Assembly: GCA_048941625.1 (NCBI GenBank)
Contig: JBHLNK010000002.1
Span: 5,098 to 69,097, forward strand
DNA length: 64,000 nt
Source: Promethearchaeota archaeon
GTDB lineage: Archaea > Asgardarchaeota > Lokiarchaeia > Sigyniarchaeales > SOKP01
Reading direction: 5' to 3'
A model generated the notes under the pieces. The model saw nothing but the letters and a program-made list of their open reading frames with translations, was not told where the DNA came from and did not search any database. The translations under genes were made by a program, and so were the position numbers. This document shows, piece after piece, positions 1-9,911 of the stretch (position 1 is its first letter; every line of letters begins with the position of its first letter).

Positions 1-314
1 AAAACTCTAAAATCCAAACAATTGTCATTGAAAAAGAACAAGGAGTTGATTTTTCAATACTTGATTTAATGGACGATGAAACGATGATAATACCATTGAA
101 TATCAAAGATAAAATAGAAAGGATTATTTTAAAGATTCTTTATGAAGAAAAATTCGTTAAATCATTAAAAATTTTAACAGAAAAAGTTTTAGAAAAAACT
201 AATGAAGAGAAAATTACTATTTCTGAAAAAAATATTAACAAAATTATTTACGAGTTGAATAAAGATGAAAAAATTTTATTTACTCAAACAGAAGGCTGGA
301 AAATCAGAATTTAG
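1..314 (+). CDS. 5'-truncated hypothetical protein, possible C-terminal winged-helix-like domain
   Basis: The frame of ORF 69..314 is open back to the window edge (NSKIQTIVIEKEQGVDFSILDL-MDDET...). The C-terminus has helices then a hairpin ending ...ILFTQTEGWKI, a wHTH-like pattern. Confidence 0.6.
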   Translation, partial: NSKIQTIVIEKEQGVDFSILDLMDDETMIIPLNIKDKIERIILKILYEEKFVKSLKILTEKVLEKTNEEKITISEKNINKIIYELNKDEKILFTQTEGWKIRI

Positions 315-344
315 TATCAACCTGTTTAATCTTAATGAAATCAA

Positions 345-1622
345 TTAATCAGATATTCCATTTTCAGTTATGGAAAAAATTGCTTCTCCTTCTGGTAGAT
401 GAGGAGCATCAACAATCTTAGCAATACGTTGTTCACCCTTACCTTTTCTTAAGTAAAGTCGAATTGTTGAACCGTGAGCTACAACATTGCCTCCAGCAGC
501 TTGTAAAGGATTTCCATAAAAAACATCAGGTTTAGCTTGTACTTGATTTGTGACGACAATTGCTAAATCTGGGTAAATATCACATAGTCTTAATAAATCG
601 TGCAAATGGGAATTGATAGTTTGTTGACGATTTGCTAATGTTCCTCGACCTATATATTCACTCCGAAAATGCCCAATTAGTGAATCCACTACTATTAATT
701 TAATATTTTGTTCTTTAATCAAATTTGCTGCTTCTTTAATTAGTAGAATTTGATGGTCTGAATTATAAGCTCTCCCAAATATAATGTTTTTTAATACTTT
801 TTTATGATCCAAATCTAATCCTTCTGCCATCTGAATAATTCTTTCTGGTCTAAATGTACCTTCTGTATCGATATATAATGCTCTTCCTTCAACTCCTCCT
901 TTTTCCTCTGGTAATTGTACATTTACACACAATTGGTGCATAATTTGAGTTTTTCCGGTCCTAAATTCACCAAAAAACTCAATTACGCTCCCTGTTTCTA
1001 CACCCCCTCCTAATAAATCATCTAATTCTTGACTGCCAGTCGTTATTCGTGCTATATTTTTTCTAAATTCCCATACTACTTCAGCAGATTTAAAACCAAT
1101 ATTTAATTTTTCCATGGAGGATTTAACTAGCTTTGCAGTAGTTTTATCACCTAACCCACTCTCTTCTTTTATGATACTAGGCGGTGTAAAAGCTATTGAT
1201 TCTAAACTTGAAAATCCGGCTTTTATAAGCTTATTTAATGTTGCTTCTCCTACTCCTGGTAGCTTTTTTACGGCATCTATACCTTCTTTTAGGCTTTTTT
1301 CATCATCAGATGTTTCATCATAGACTGACATTTCCTCATCATCAATATCGATTTCTTCATCAAACTGATCTATTTCCTCAAAACCTTCCTCTTCAATTTC
1401 ATTAAAAGCTTCAACTAATTCTGCTTCAGTATCATAATCTTCATCAGGTAATTCTTCTAATTCATCCTCATAATTGGGCTCATCTTGGGATTGAAATTGA
1501 GCAAATTCGAGATGTTCTTTATAAATTTTCCCTTTAGTATGATTTCTTTTACACTCTTTGCAATAATAAGGGTCACCCATCTTAAAACCGTTATTATCTT
1601 CAACTTCTGTAGCTTTAGCCAT
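345..1622 (-). CDS. radA: DNA repair/recombination protein RadA (Rad51 family) with N-terminal Zn-finger-like and acidic extension
   Basis: Hh[21 protein letters not shown], Walker [22 protein letters not shown], Walker [26 protein letters not shown]. Confidence 0.96.
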   Translation of the reverse strand: MAKATEVEDNNGFKMGDPYYCKECKRNHTKGKIYKEHLEFAQFQSQDEPNYEDELEELPDEDYDTEAELVEAFNEIEEEGFEEIDQFDEEIDIDDEEMSVYDETSDDEKSLKEGIDAVKKLPGVGEATLNKLIKAGFSSLESIAFTPPSIIKEESGLGDKTTAKLVKSSMEKLNIGFKSAEVVWEFRKNIARITTGSQELDDLLGGGVETGSVIEFFGEFRTGKTQIMHQLCVNVQLPEEKGGVEGRALYIDTEGTFRPERIIQMAEGLDLDHKKVLKNIIFGRAYNSDHQILLIKEAANLIKEQNIKLIVVDSLIGHFRSEYIGRGTLANRQQTINSHLHDLLRLCDIYPDLAIVVTNQVQAKPDVFYGNPLQAAGGNVVAHGSTIRLYLRKGKGEQRIAKIVDAPHLPEGEAIFSITENGISD

Positions 1623-1675
1623 AAGAGATCACATAAAATTAAAAATAAGTGTATTTTTTATAGGTACTTCTTTTT

Positions 1676-1693
1676 ATGCATAATTATATGCAT
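1676..1693. promoter_or_regulatory. Inverted repeat ATGCATA-N4-TATGCAT upstream of radA, candidate operator
   Basis: Perfect 7-bp arms about 55-70 bp upstream of the radA start, in the divergent radA/PGI intergenic region. Confidence 0.3.
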
Positions 1694-1878
1694 TTTTATT
1701 AGAGTCTCAACAGAGTTCCAATTTTCAAATTTATAAAGGAGGTATTAGACAGCAATAATCGACAAAATTCATAGAGTTAAAAAAATATAAATTATCAACT
1801 AAAATTTGAAATGTTTAAACAATAAAAACTTATGTTAATTATATAAATTTATTAATAAATTTAGGGATTAGAATTCTT

Positions 1879-3114
1879 ATGACACTAAAAGTAAAGATTG
1901 AATATTATCCTAAACTAAATGATGAGATATTAGTAAATTCAGTAGATACTATTAAAAATAATAAAGAAAAATGGGATCAACCTTTTTTTTTTGACACAAA
2001 GACTTATTTAGATATTAATCAAATTAAACAGAAGACGGATGATCTTATAAAAGAGAATTTAAAAAACGTTATAGTTTTAGGTACAGGAGGTTCCATCCAG
2101 ACACTGCTTGCTTTAAAACATTTGGCAAAAAGAAAAGTTTTTCCTGTTTCTAGTTCCAGAGCTGTAGAGTTAAAGGGTTGTTTAGATAAAACAACTCCAG
2201 AAAATTCTATTGTTATTCCAATATCAAGAGGAGGAGAAACATTGGATATCAATTCGACAATAGAGACTTTCTTTAAAAAAGGGTATAATTTTTTTGGTCT
2301 ATCTTCAACTGGTACAATGTATGAGATTTTAAATAAAATTAATTGTCCAATTTTACAAGTTCCAAACCTATCAGGTCGATATGCTGGCTCTGTAACTAAT
2401 GTAGGAATAGTACCTGCTTATATAGCTGGTATTGAAATAGAGGATTTCTTAAAAGGTTTAGAAGAAGGTTATAAAGTGTATTCAGAATTAGAAAAGAATC
2501 CTGCTATAACCTTAGCGACATTTCTGTACGAATTGTATAAAAAAGATTATAGAGTTGTTTTTTCAATGCCTTACTCGAAAAATTTAGAGGGAAGCGTTGG
2601 TTTATGGGTACAGGCTATATCAGAAAGTACTGGAAAAGACGGAAAAGGACTAATTGGTACTTATCAATCCGCTCCAATTTGTCAACATTCTGTTCTTGAA
2701 TATTTATTAGGTGGTGTAAAAAATGTCGTTATATCCTCATTATGGATGGTTAAGAATGAATATCCTGATATAGATTTAAATTCAAGCATTCCATATATAA
2801 ATAACAAAAGTGCTCAGACAATCGTGAACTATCAAGCAAATGCAACATTTCAAGCGTTAATTCAACAAAGTGTACCTTCAGTGCAAATATCAATCGATAA
2901 TCCTTTTGCAAACAATATGGGGCAATTAATTGCTCTTGTATTATCGAGTGTATATTATCTTTGCTTATTATTAAATGTTAATTGGGCAAATAATCCAAAG
3001 GTAATTATAGGTAAAGAAATTTGTAATAATGCTCTTAAAGAAAATATATCTTTCGAGAAAGCGAAACAAAGTAGAGAGCAGGTGGCATCAGAAAAATTTA
3101 AAGGATTTTTTTGA
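1879..3114 (+). CDS. Glucose-6-phosphate isomerase-like double-SIS protein (divergent)
   Basis: VLGTGGS, ISRGGETLD, SGRYA, ESTGKDGKG, QHS and the C-terminal NPKVIIGK match PGI motifs. Confidence 0.75.
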   Translation: MTLKVKIEYYPKLNDEILVNSVDTIKNNKEKWDQPFFFDTKTYLDINQIKQKTDDLIKENLKNVIVLGTGGSIQTLLALKHLAKRKVFPVSSSRAVELKGCLDKTTPENSIVIPISRGGETLDINSTIETFFKKGYNFFGLSSTGTMYEILNKINCPILQVPNLSGRYAGSVTNVGIVPAYIAGIEIEDFLKGLEEGYKVYSELEKNPAITLATFLYELYKKDYRVVFSMPYSKNLEGSVGLWVQAISESTGKDGKGLIGTYQSAPICQHSVLEYLLGGVKNVVISSLWMVKNEYPDIDLNSSIPYINNKSAQTIVNYQANATFQALIQQSVPSVQISIDNPFANNMGQLIALVLSSVYYLCLLLNVNWANNPKVIIGKEICNNALKENISFEKAKQSREQVASEKFKGFF

Positions 3115-3128
3115 ATCAAATTTGATCA

Positions 3129-4565
3129 TTATTTATTCGATTGACCTATAAATATATCATATAATATATTAATAGCTCTCTCACAGTTTTTTCTTTCGAT
3201 TATTGCTGTGAAGTTTAGTTCTGAAGATCCTTGGGCTATAGCTAATATATTTATGTTATTATCACCTAATGTAGAAAACACTTTACCAGCAATTCCTGGA
3301 GTATGAAGTACTCCTGCACCAATAACAGCAACTAATGATATATCATTGTTGATTTTAATACTAAACCATTTTTTTCCAAATAGTTCTGAATTTCTCAAAA
3401 GAAAACTTACTTTCTTAGAATCTTCAAAATCAATACCAAATGTGATATTATTTTCTGAAGAGCTTTGTGATATAAAAACAATGTTAATTTTATTATCTCC
3501 CAAAAGTGAAAAAAGTTTTGAAGCGGTTCCAGGTAATGGCACCATTGTATCACTTTCTATTGTTACCATAGAGAGTTTATAAAGAGAGGTAATTGCTTTA
3601 ATTATATTTCCATTCTTCACAATTTGATTTGTTATAGTTGTAAAATCTTTTGCTTTAGGGTCATTAAAATATCTAATTTCTGAAGGAACGTTTCCTTTTT
3701 CACTCACATCAAGACATAGCGGATGAAGTACTTTAGTTCCGAAAAAAGCAAGTTCCTTCGCTTCGACGTATGATATATTTTTTATAAGAGAAGTCTTTTG
3801 AGCAATTTTCGGATCTGCGTCTAATAATCCTTTTACATCTTTCCAATAAATTACTTTACAATCAAATGAAGACTGCAATGAATACCCCAATACAGCTGCT
3901 GTTAAATCACTACCACCTCTGCCTAATGTTGTAGTCTTCTTATCGTTTTTTGTAGAGCCAAAAAAACCCGTTATGCAAATTATTTCATTAGAATTGTTTT
4001 GTAATAAAGGGGTTAGTTTTTCAATAATTCTAAGTTTAGATTCTTCTAATAATGGTAGTGCTTTACTAAAATTATCATTTGTAATGATTAATTCATGGGA
4101 TGATAAAAAAACACTTCTTATATCGATAGAATTCAGATAATGATTTAATATAAAAGTACTAAGCTTTTCACCATAAGAAATTATGAGATCTTGAATGTCT
4201 GGACTAGGGCGAATTAACTGAACAACTTTACCTAATTGAGTCAATTCATCTAAATTTTGATTCAGATAATCTATAACTTCCATATATTCTTCATGATCTG
4301 AACTAATAATTTGTTCAATTAACTTTCTATGAATATTATCAATATCTAACAGAATATTAGTACATTCTACCATTTCTGTACAAGATTTTTTATAAAATTC
4401 AAGAAGTTTATCGGTGACTCCTTTCATAGCAGAAGCTACAATTACAATTTTTGATTTAGTTTGATAATCTTTAATTATATTAGCAGTTTTTTCAAAAGTT
4501 TTAGCATCTTGAAGACAAGAACCACCAAATTTCATCACAATTAATTTTTTTTTATTTTGTGTCAA
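3129..4565 (-). CDS. lysC: Aspartate kinase with C-terminal ACT domains
   Basis: VMKFGGS, VASAM, SYGEKLS, TTLGRGGSDLTAA, KDVKGLLDADP, ELAFFGTKVLHP, two ACT repeats. Confidence 0.93.
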   Translation of the reverse strand: MTQNKKKLIVMKFGGSCLQDAKTFEKTANIIKDYQTKSKIVIVASAMKGVTDKLLEFYKKSCTEMVECTNILLDIDNIHRKLIEQIISSDHEEYMEVIDYLNQNLDELTQLGKVVQLIRPSPDIQDLIISYGEKLSTFILNHYLNSIDIRSVFLSSHELIITNDNFSKALPLLEESKLRIIEKLTPLLQNNSNEIICITGFFGSTKNDKKTTTLGRGGSDLTAAVLGYSLQSSFDCKVIYWKDVKGLLDADPKIAQKTSLIKNISYVEAKELAFFGTKVLHPLCLDVSEKGNVPSEIRYFNDPKAKDFTTITNQIVKNGNIIKAITSLYKLSMVTIESDTMVPLPGTASKLFSLLGDNKINIVFISQSSSENNITFGIDFEDSKKVSFLLRNSELFGKKWFSIKINNDISLVAVIGAGVLHTPGIAGKVFSTLGDNNINILAIAQGSSELNFTAIIERKNCERAINILYDIFIGQSNK

Positions 4566-4764
4566 TTAAATCAAATATATTATGTATTGATACTATTCAA
4601 TTTTTTTATAATTTAGAAGATGACTTAAAACTTAAATGTTGATTTTAAAGTAGATATTAATCAAATTATTGCTATACCAAAAATTAAAAATCGGATTTAA
4701 TTAAAACCAATCTATATTCCGCTGACAACAAAAAAAATAAGAAATATTTCATTTATTTATTAAG

Positions 4765-6027
4765 ATGAAAAAAGTTGAATTACTTGCCCCAGCAAAGAAT
4801 CTTAAAGCTATAAAAGCAGCACTACCTTATGCAGATTCGGTTTATTTTGGACTTAAAAATTTAAATATGAGGATGCGTGCTAAAAATTTGAATGTAAAAA
4901 ATCTAAGTCAAGTGGTTAACTTTTGCCATACTAATGATTTAAAAGCTTATATAACTACAAATGTTTTAATATATGATAGTGAATTAAATCTACTTCGGGA
5001 AATATTAGAAGAGAGTAGAGCTGCAGGTGTTGATGCTGTTATTGTTCATGATTTAGCTGCTATTCAAATAGCAAAAGATTTGGACATCCCATTTCATATT
5101 TCTACCCAGTGTAATGTTTCTAATTCACTATCAGCAAGATTTTATGAAAAATTAGGTGCAAGCCGAATAATTCTGGCGAGAGAATTGTCTTTAGAAAAAA
5201 TCAAGGAGATTAAGAGAAATTTAGCAAGGACAGAAATAGAAACCTTTATTCATGGAGCAATGTGTGCTTCAGTAAGTGGTAGGTGTTATTTTTCTCAAGA
5301 TATATGTGGAAGTGTGGAAAAATCTGCGAATAGAGGTAATTGTGAACAACCTTGTAGGAGAAAATGGTGGCTTCGTGAAGAATCTGGAAGAGAGTATATA
5401 TACGATGGAGTGCGATTTTTAAATTCAAGAGATTTGTGCACAATTGCATATATACCTGATTTAATTGAAGCAAATATAGATGCTTTTAAAATAGAAGGTA
5501 GAATGAGACACCCGCATTATGTAGAAACAGTATCTAAAATATACCGAGAAGCTATTAATTCCTATTACGATGGAACATTTTCAAAAAAAAAAGCTGGAAG
5601 ATGGGTAACCGAATTAAAGAAGGTTTATAATCGTGGTTTTACTCCAGGTTTTTACTTTAAGAGAATGACTGAAGAAGATCATCAACATAAATCACCGTCT
5701 AATTTATCTCACTACAGATATATTAGAGTTGGGAAAATTATTGAATATGATAAAGATACTAATTATTGTAAAGTTTTGTTAGACAATGGATACCTTTCAA
5801 AAAATGATGATATTATTATTATGGGAAATAAAACGGATACATATGTTCATCAAAATGCTGATAAAATAAAAATTCAAGGTAAAATAGTCCATAGAACCCC
5901 AAGAGGTTCAATTGATAAAAATGTCCAAATTGAATTAAAAGTAGTAGATCAGGTTATTGGAAATGGACTTGACAAAGTATATGTATTTACTGATAAAACA
6001 TACCATAAAAAGAAATATTCATTATGA
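4765..6027 (+). CDS. U32 peptidase-family Fe-S protein (TrhP/RlhA-like RNA hydroxylase)
   Basis: ELLAPA, ILARELS, FIHGAMCASVSGRC, SANRGNCEQPCRR, KIEGRMR. Confidence 0.88.
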   Translation: MKKVELLAPAKNLKAIKAALPYADSVYFGLKNLNMRMRAKNLNVKNLSQVVNFCHTNDLKAYITTNVLIYDSELNLLREILEESRAAGVDAVIVHDLAAIQIAKDLDIPFHISTQCNVSNSLSARFYEKLGASRIILARELSLEKIKEIKRNLARTEIETFIHGAMCASVSGRCYFSQDICGSVEKSANRGNCEQPCRRKWWLREESGREYIYDGVRFLNSRDLCTIAYIPDLIEANIDAFKIEGRMRHPHYVETVSKIYREAINSYYDGTFSKKKAGRWVTELKKVYNRGFTPGFYFKRMTEEDHQHKSPSNLSHYRYIRVGKIIEYDKDTNYCKVLLDNGYLSKNDDIIIMGNKTDTYVHQNADKIKIQGKIVHRTPRGSIDKNVQIELKVVDQVIGNGLDKVYVFTDKTYHKKKYSL

Positions 6028-6071
6028 TTAAGATATATAATTTAAAGCAAATTTAAAATAAGGTTTATAAA

Positions 6072-6989
6072 ATGGAAAAAAATAAAAAGAAAATAGTAGA
6101 ATCTGTTCCTAATTACAGTGAAGGAAAAGATGGAGAAAAAGTTGACCAAATAGTTTCTAAAATAAAAAAAACTCCTAATACTCGTATCGTAGATATACAA
6201 TATGATACAGATTATAATCGAGCGGTTATCACATTTGTTGGAACTCCAGAGGCAGTTTTAAAGGCAAATATTGAAGCAGCTAAGAAAGCTATTGAATTAA
6301 TTGATATGAATACACATAAAGGACAACATCCTCGAATTGGGGCTGTAGATGTTGTTCCATTTGTTCCAGCACAAAATGTAACTATAGAAGAATGTATCGA
6401 GTTATCTGTCAAATTCGCAGAAGCTATGGCTAATGAAGGGCTACCTGTTTATCTTTATGAAGAATCAGCTAAGAATTTAGAGAGGAAAAATATTGACAAT
6501 ATAAGAAAAGGAGAGTATGAAGGATTGAAGAATAAAATTAAAACAGATCCTAATCGAAAACCAGATTATGGTCCCTCTGAATTTCATCCTACCGCTGGTG
6601 CATTGATAACAGGAGCGAGAAATCCTTTGATAAGTTTCAATATTAATCTAGGTACTAAAGATATCAATATTGCTAGAAAAGTTGCAAAAGCAATACACTT
6701 ACGTTCTGGTGGTCTTGTTAATATAAAAGCTATGGGAACAGAGTTAAGAAATAAAGACTACGTACAAGTTGGTATCAGCAATATAAACTACAAAAAAACT
6801 CCTTTATATAGACAAATGGAACTTGTAAAGATAGAAGCTTCTCGATATGGAGTTTCAGTTATAGGCTCTGAACTAGTTGGTGTTTTACCTCTTGGAGCAG
6901 TACTTAATTCGCTTGAGTATTACTTAAAACTTGATACTCCAGAAAAATTAGAGGAAAAGCATTTATTAGAATCATATTTTGATTTTTAG
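6072..6989 (+). CDS. ftcD: Glutamate formimidoyltransferase (FTCD N-terminal domains only)
   Basis: ESVPNYSEG, HKGQHPRIGAVDVVPFVP, GARNPLISFNINL; next to the hut genes. Confidence 0.92.
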   Translation: MEKNKKKIVESVPNYSEGKDGEKVDQIVSKIKKTPNTRIVDIQYDTDYNRAVITFVGTPEAVLKANIEAAKKAIELIDMNTHKGQHPRIGAVDVVPFVPAQNVTIEECIELSVKFAEAMANEGLPVYLYEESAKNLERKNIDNIRKGEYEGLKNKIKTDPNRKPDYGPSEFHPTAGALITGARNPLISFNINLGTKDINIARKVAKAIHLRSGGLVNIKAMGTELRNKDYVQVGISNINYKKTPLYRQMELVKIEASRYGVSVIGSELVGVLPLGAVLNSLEYYLKLDTPEKLEEKHLLESYFDF

Positions 6990-6998
6990 GAATTTCTG

Positions 6999-8309
6999 TC
7001 ATAATTCATTGTCAATAACGATTTTTCCATTTTTTATTACTTTAGATATAAGATTTACTCCAAAGTGATAAGGTAAGAAATTATAATTTGGAACTTCAAA
7101 AACTAACAAATCTGCATTTTTGCCTATCTCAAGACTTCCAATTTTATCTTGTCTATCAACTGCACATGCTGCATTAATAGTTGCTGCAGTAAGAGCTTCT
7201 GCGGGACTTAATTTCATATGATAACATGATAAAGCTATAATCATCTGCATTGATTCTGTCCAACAATTTGGATTAAGATCTGTCGCAATGGCAATAGGAA
7301 CCCCTAGATCAATCATTTTTCTTGCAGGAGCATATTCTCCCAACATTAAACAAAAAGGAGTAGCCGGTAATAGTGTAGCGATGACTCCAGCCTCTGCCAT
7401 TGCATTTAATCCTTTTTCATTAGATTTCAGTAAATGGCCAGTCTGAATTACTCTTAATTCTGAAGCTAATAATGCTCCACCAGTATCCACAATCTCATCA
7501 ATATGGATTTGAAGTTTTAAACCATATCTCATAGCAGCTTGTAGAATTTTACGAGTTTGCTTTATTGAGAATATTCCTTCTTCACAAAATACATCACAAA
7601 ATTCAGCTAATTTTTCTTTTGCTACTTTGGGAATCATTTCTGAGATAAGTAAATCGATATATTTATCCGGTTTATTTTCATATTCTGGAGGTGACATATG
7701 AGCACCTAAAAAGGTGGGGATAAGATCTAAAGGATGTTCTTCATTTAGAATTTGAATAGCTTCTAATTGTTTAATTTCATTTTCAGTATTTAAGCCATAA
7801 CCTGATTTCACTTCTACAGTAGTTGTTCCATAGGCCATCATTCTATCTAAGATTATTTTTCCATTTTCGACTAATTTCATCAATGAAGCATTTCTAGTAT
7901 CATGTACCGTTTTTAGAATTCCTCCTCCTGTATGTAGAATCTCAAGGTAAGACTTTCCTTTGAGTTTCATTGATAATTCATTTTCACGAGTACCATCAAA
8001 TATTATGTGAGTATGAGGATCAACAAATCCAGGTGAAACAAATTTATTTGTTGCATCAATTTTAGTAGGAATTTTTCCAAATTCATATTTTGACATTAGC
8101 TCATTAGTAGTACCAACAAAAATTATCTTGTCTTCATTAACAGCTATAGCTCCATCCTCTATTATTGCTAATTCAGACATGTCATTACCTATTCTTGGAG
8201 CGCCATATTTTGTATTCATCGTTATTAGTTGATTTGCGTGAAATATAGCTAAATCAGGGTCGATTCCAGAAAATAATTCTTTTTTTGAATATGTCGATGC
8301 TACAAACAT
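6999..8309 (-). CDS. hutI: Imidazolonepropionase
   Basis: PGFVDPHTH, GTTTVEVKSGYGL, FLGAH, DVFCE, IATDLNP. Confidence 0.95.
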   Translation of the reverse strand: MFVASTYSKKELFSGIDPDLAIFHANQLITMNTKYGAPRIGNDMSELAIIEDGAIAVNEDKIIFVGTTNELMSKYEFGKIPTKIDATNKFVSPGFVDPHTHIIFDGTRENELSMKLKGKSYLEILHTGGGILKTVHDTRNASLMKLVENGKIILDRMMAYGTTTVEVKSGYGLNTENEIKQLEAIQILNEEHPLDLIPTFLGAHMSPPEYENKPDKYIDLLISEMIPKVAKEKLAEFCDVFCEEGIFSIKQTRKILQAAMRYGLKLQIHIDEIVDTGGALLASELRVIQTGHLLKSNEKGLNAMAEAGVIATLLPATPFCLMLGEYAPARKMIDLGVPIAIATDLNPNCWTESMQMIIALSCYHMKLSPAEALTAATINAACAVDRQDKIGSLEIGKNADLLVFEVPNYNFLPYHFGVNLISKVIKNGKIVIDNEL

Positions 8310-8324
8310 TTTAATTTTTCTCCT

Positions 8325-9836
8325 TTACTTATCAATAAAGGTTAATAATATCTTGCTTTTAATAATCTCTAATGATTTATTAATAAGTTCGGATAAAATA
8401 GTATCCTCCTTGATGTGTGGTATTTTAGTTCTTACATAATTATGACATTTCTCCAATATCTCACTAGATTTTAAAGGTCTTCTATAATCGAACGCTTGTG
8501 AAGCACAAAGAAGTTCAATAGCTAGTATTTTTTCTAGATTATTTATTATTTTTAAAGCTTTTCTGGCACTAATTGGCGCCATACTTACATGGTCTTCTTG
8601 CCCTGATCCTGTTGGGATACTATCTGCACTAGCAGGAAAACAGAGAGATTTGTTTTCACTTGTAAGTGATGCTGAAGTATATTGGGTTATCATAAAACCA
8701 GAGTTCAATCCTGGATTTTCTGTTAAATTTAAAGGTAAATCCCATTTTCCTTCAAGTAATAAATAAATTCGCCGATCAGAAATATTACCTAATTCGGATG
8801 CAGCTAGACAAATATAATCTAAGGGTAAAGCAAGAGGTTGTCCATGAAAATTCCCTCCGCTATAAGTTTCTTTTTCATTAAAAATAATTGGATTATCTGT
8901 GACAGAATTAAGTTCACATTCCAAAATTTGAATTAAATGATACAAAGCATCTCTAGAGGCACCATGAACTTGCGGAATGCATCGTATTGAATATGGATCT
9001 TGGACACGATCACAATCCTTATGTGATTCGACTATTTCAGAATTTTCTAAAAGTTTACGCATTCTTTCAGCAACTATTTGAGCCCCCTTGTGTGGACGCA
9101 AATTTATCAATTTTTCACTATAAGGTTGTGGTGATGCTAAATAACTCTCAAGTGTTAGAGCTCCAATAATGTCGGCATGATCTAAGCAATTTGAAAATTT
9201 TTCAACTATTTTTATAGCATGTGCAGCTATGTATTGAGTTCCATTTATTAATGCTAAACCTTCTTTTGCTTGAAGTTTCAGTGGTTCGAGATTTTGTTCC
9301 TTTAATAGTGAATCTGTTGGTTTATAACTATATCCGTTGGTGGAAACAAAACCTAAACCAATTATTGGTAAGAATAAATGAGCTAATGGTGCTAAATCTC
9401 CAGAAGCACCTACAGAACCTTGATTAGGAACTAAAGGAATATAATTATTATCAATATGCCAACAAATTCTTTCTACTATTTTTAAAGAAATTCCGGAATA
9501 TCCTAAGCATAAAGCATGAACTTTAAGGATTAACATCAATTTTGAAATTTCAGATTGAACTGGAGATCCAACACCAACACTATGGCTTTTAAGTAAATTT
9601 TCCTGTAAAATACCAGTTTGTTCTTTTGAAATTCTAGTTCTACAGAGAGATCCAAATCCAGTATTAACACTATAAACTAATTTCTCTCCTTTAGCTATTG
9701 ATTGAACGGCATTATAATTTTTTGTAATTCTATCTTTTATTTCTTCAGTCAAAATACCGTTGATAGAGCCTCTCGATATTTTTAAAGCTTTTTCTACAGT
9801 TAATTTATCAAGTCCATATTTAAATTCATTATTCAA
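8325..9836 (-). CDS. hutH: Histidine ammonia-lyase
   Basis: MIO motif GSVGASGDLAPLAH, YSVNTGFG, QDPYSIRC, QEDHVSM; TTG start with GGTGA upstream. Confidence 0.96.
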   Translation of the reverse strand: MNNEFKYGLDKLTVEKALKISRGSINGILTEEIKDRITKNYNAVQSIAKGEKLVYSVNTGFGSLCRTRISKEQTGILQENLLKSHSVGVGSPVQSEISKLMLILKVHALCLGYSGISLKIVERICWHIDNNYIPLVPNQGSVGASGDLAPLAHLFLPIIGLGFVSTNGYSYKPTDSLLKEQNLEPLKLQAKEGLALINGTQYIAAHAIKIVEKFSNCLDHADIIGALTLESYLASPQPYSEKLINLRPHKGAQIVAERMRKLLENSEIVESHKDCDRVQDPYSIRCIPQVHGASRDALYHLIQILECELNSVTDNPIIFNEKETYSGGNFHGQPLALPLDYICLAASELGNISDRRIYLLLEGKWDLPLNLTENPGLNSGFMITQYTSASLTSENKSLCFPASADSIPTGSGQEDHVSMAPISARKALKIINNLEKILAIELLCASQAFDYRRPLKSSEILEKCHNYVRTKIPHIKEDTILSELINKSLEIIKSKILLTFIDK

Positions 9837-9911
9837 AACAATTCACCACATTAAGATCATCATCTTAAACTAAAAAACAAATAATCTTCACTTTAAAATT
9901 TTTTAAATAAT

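Noticed and set aside
345-1622. Intein as the explanation for the long RadA
   Set aside because: The extra length is N-terminal, the ATPase core is uninterrupted, and no intein splice motifs are present.
1845-1862. Perfect palindrome AAATTTATTAATAAATTT upstream of the PGI-like gene
   Set aside because: Pure A/T in a very AT-rich spacer, so it cannot be distinguished from background.
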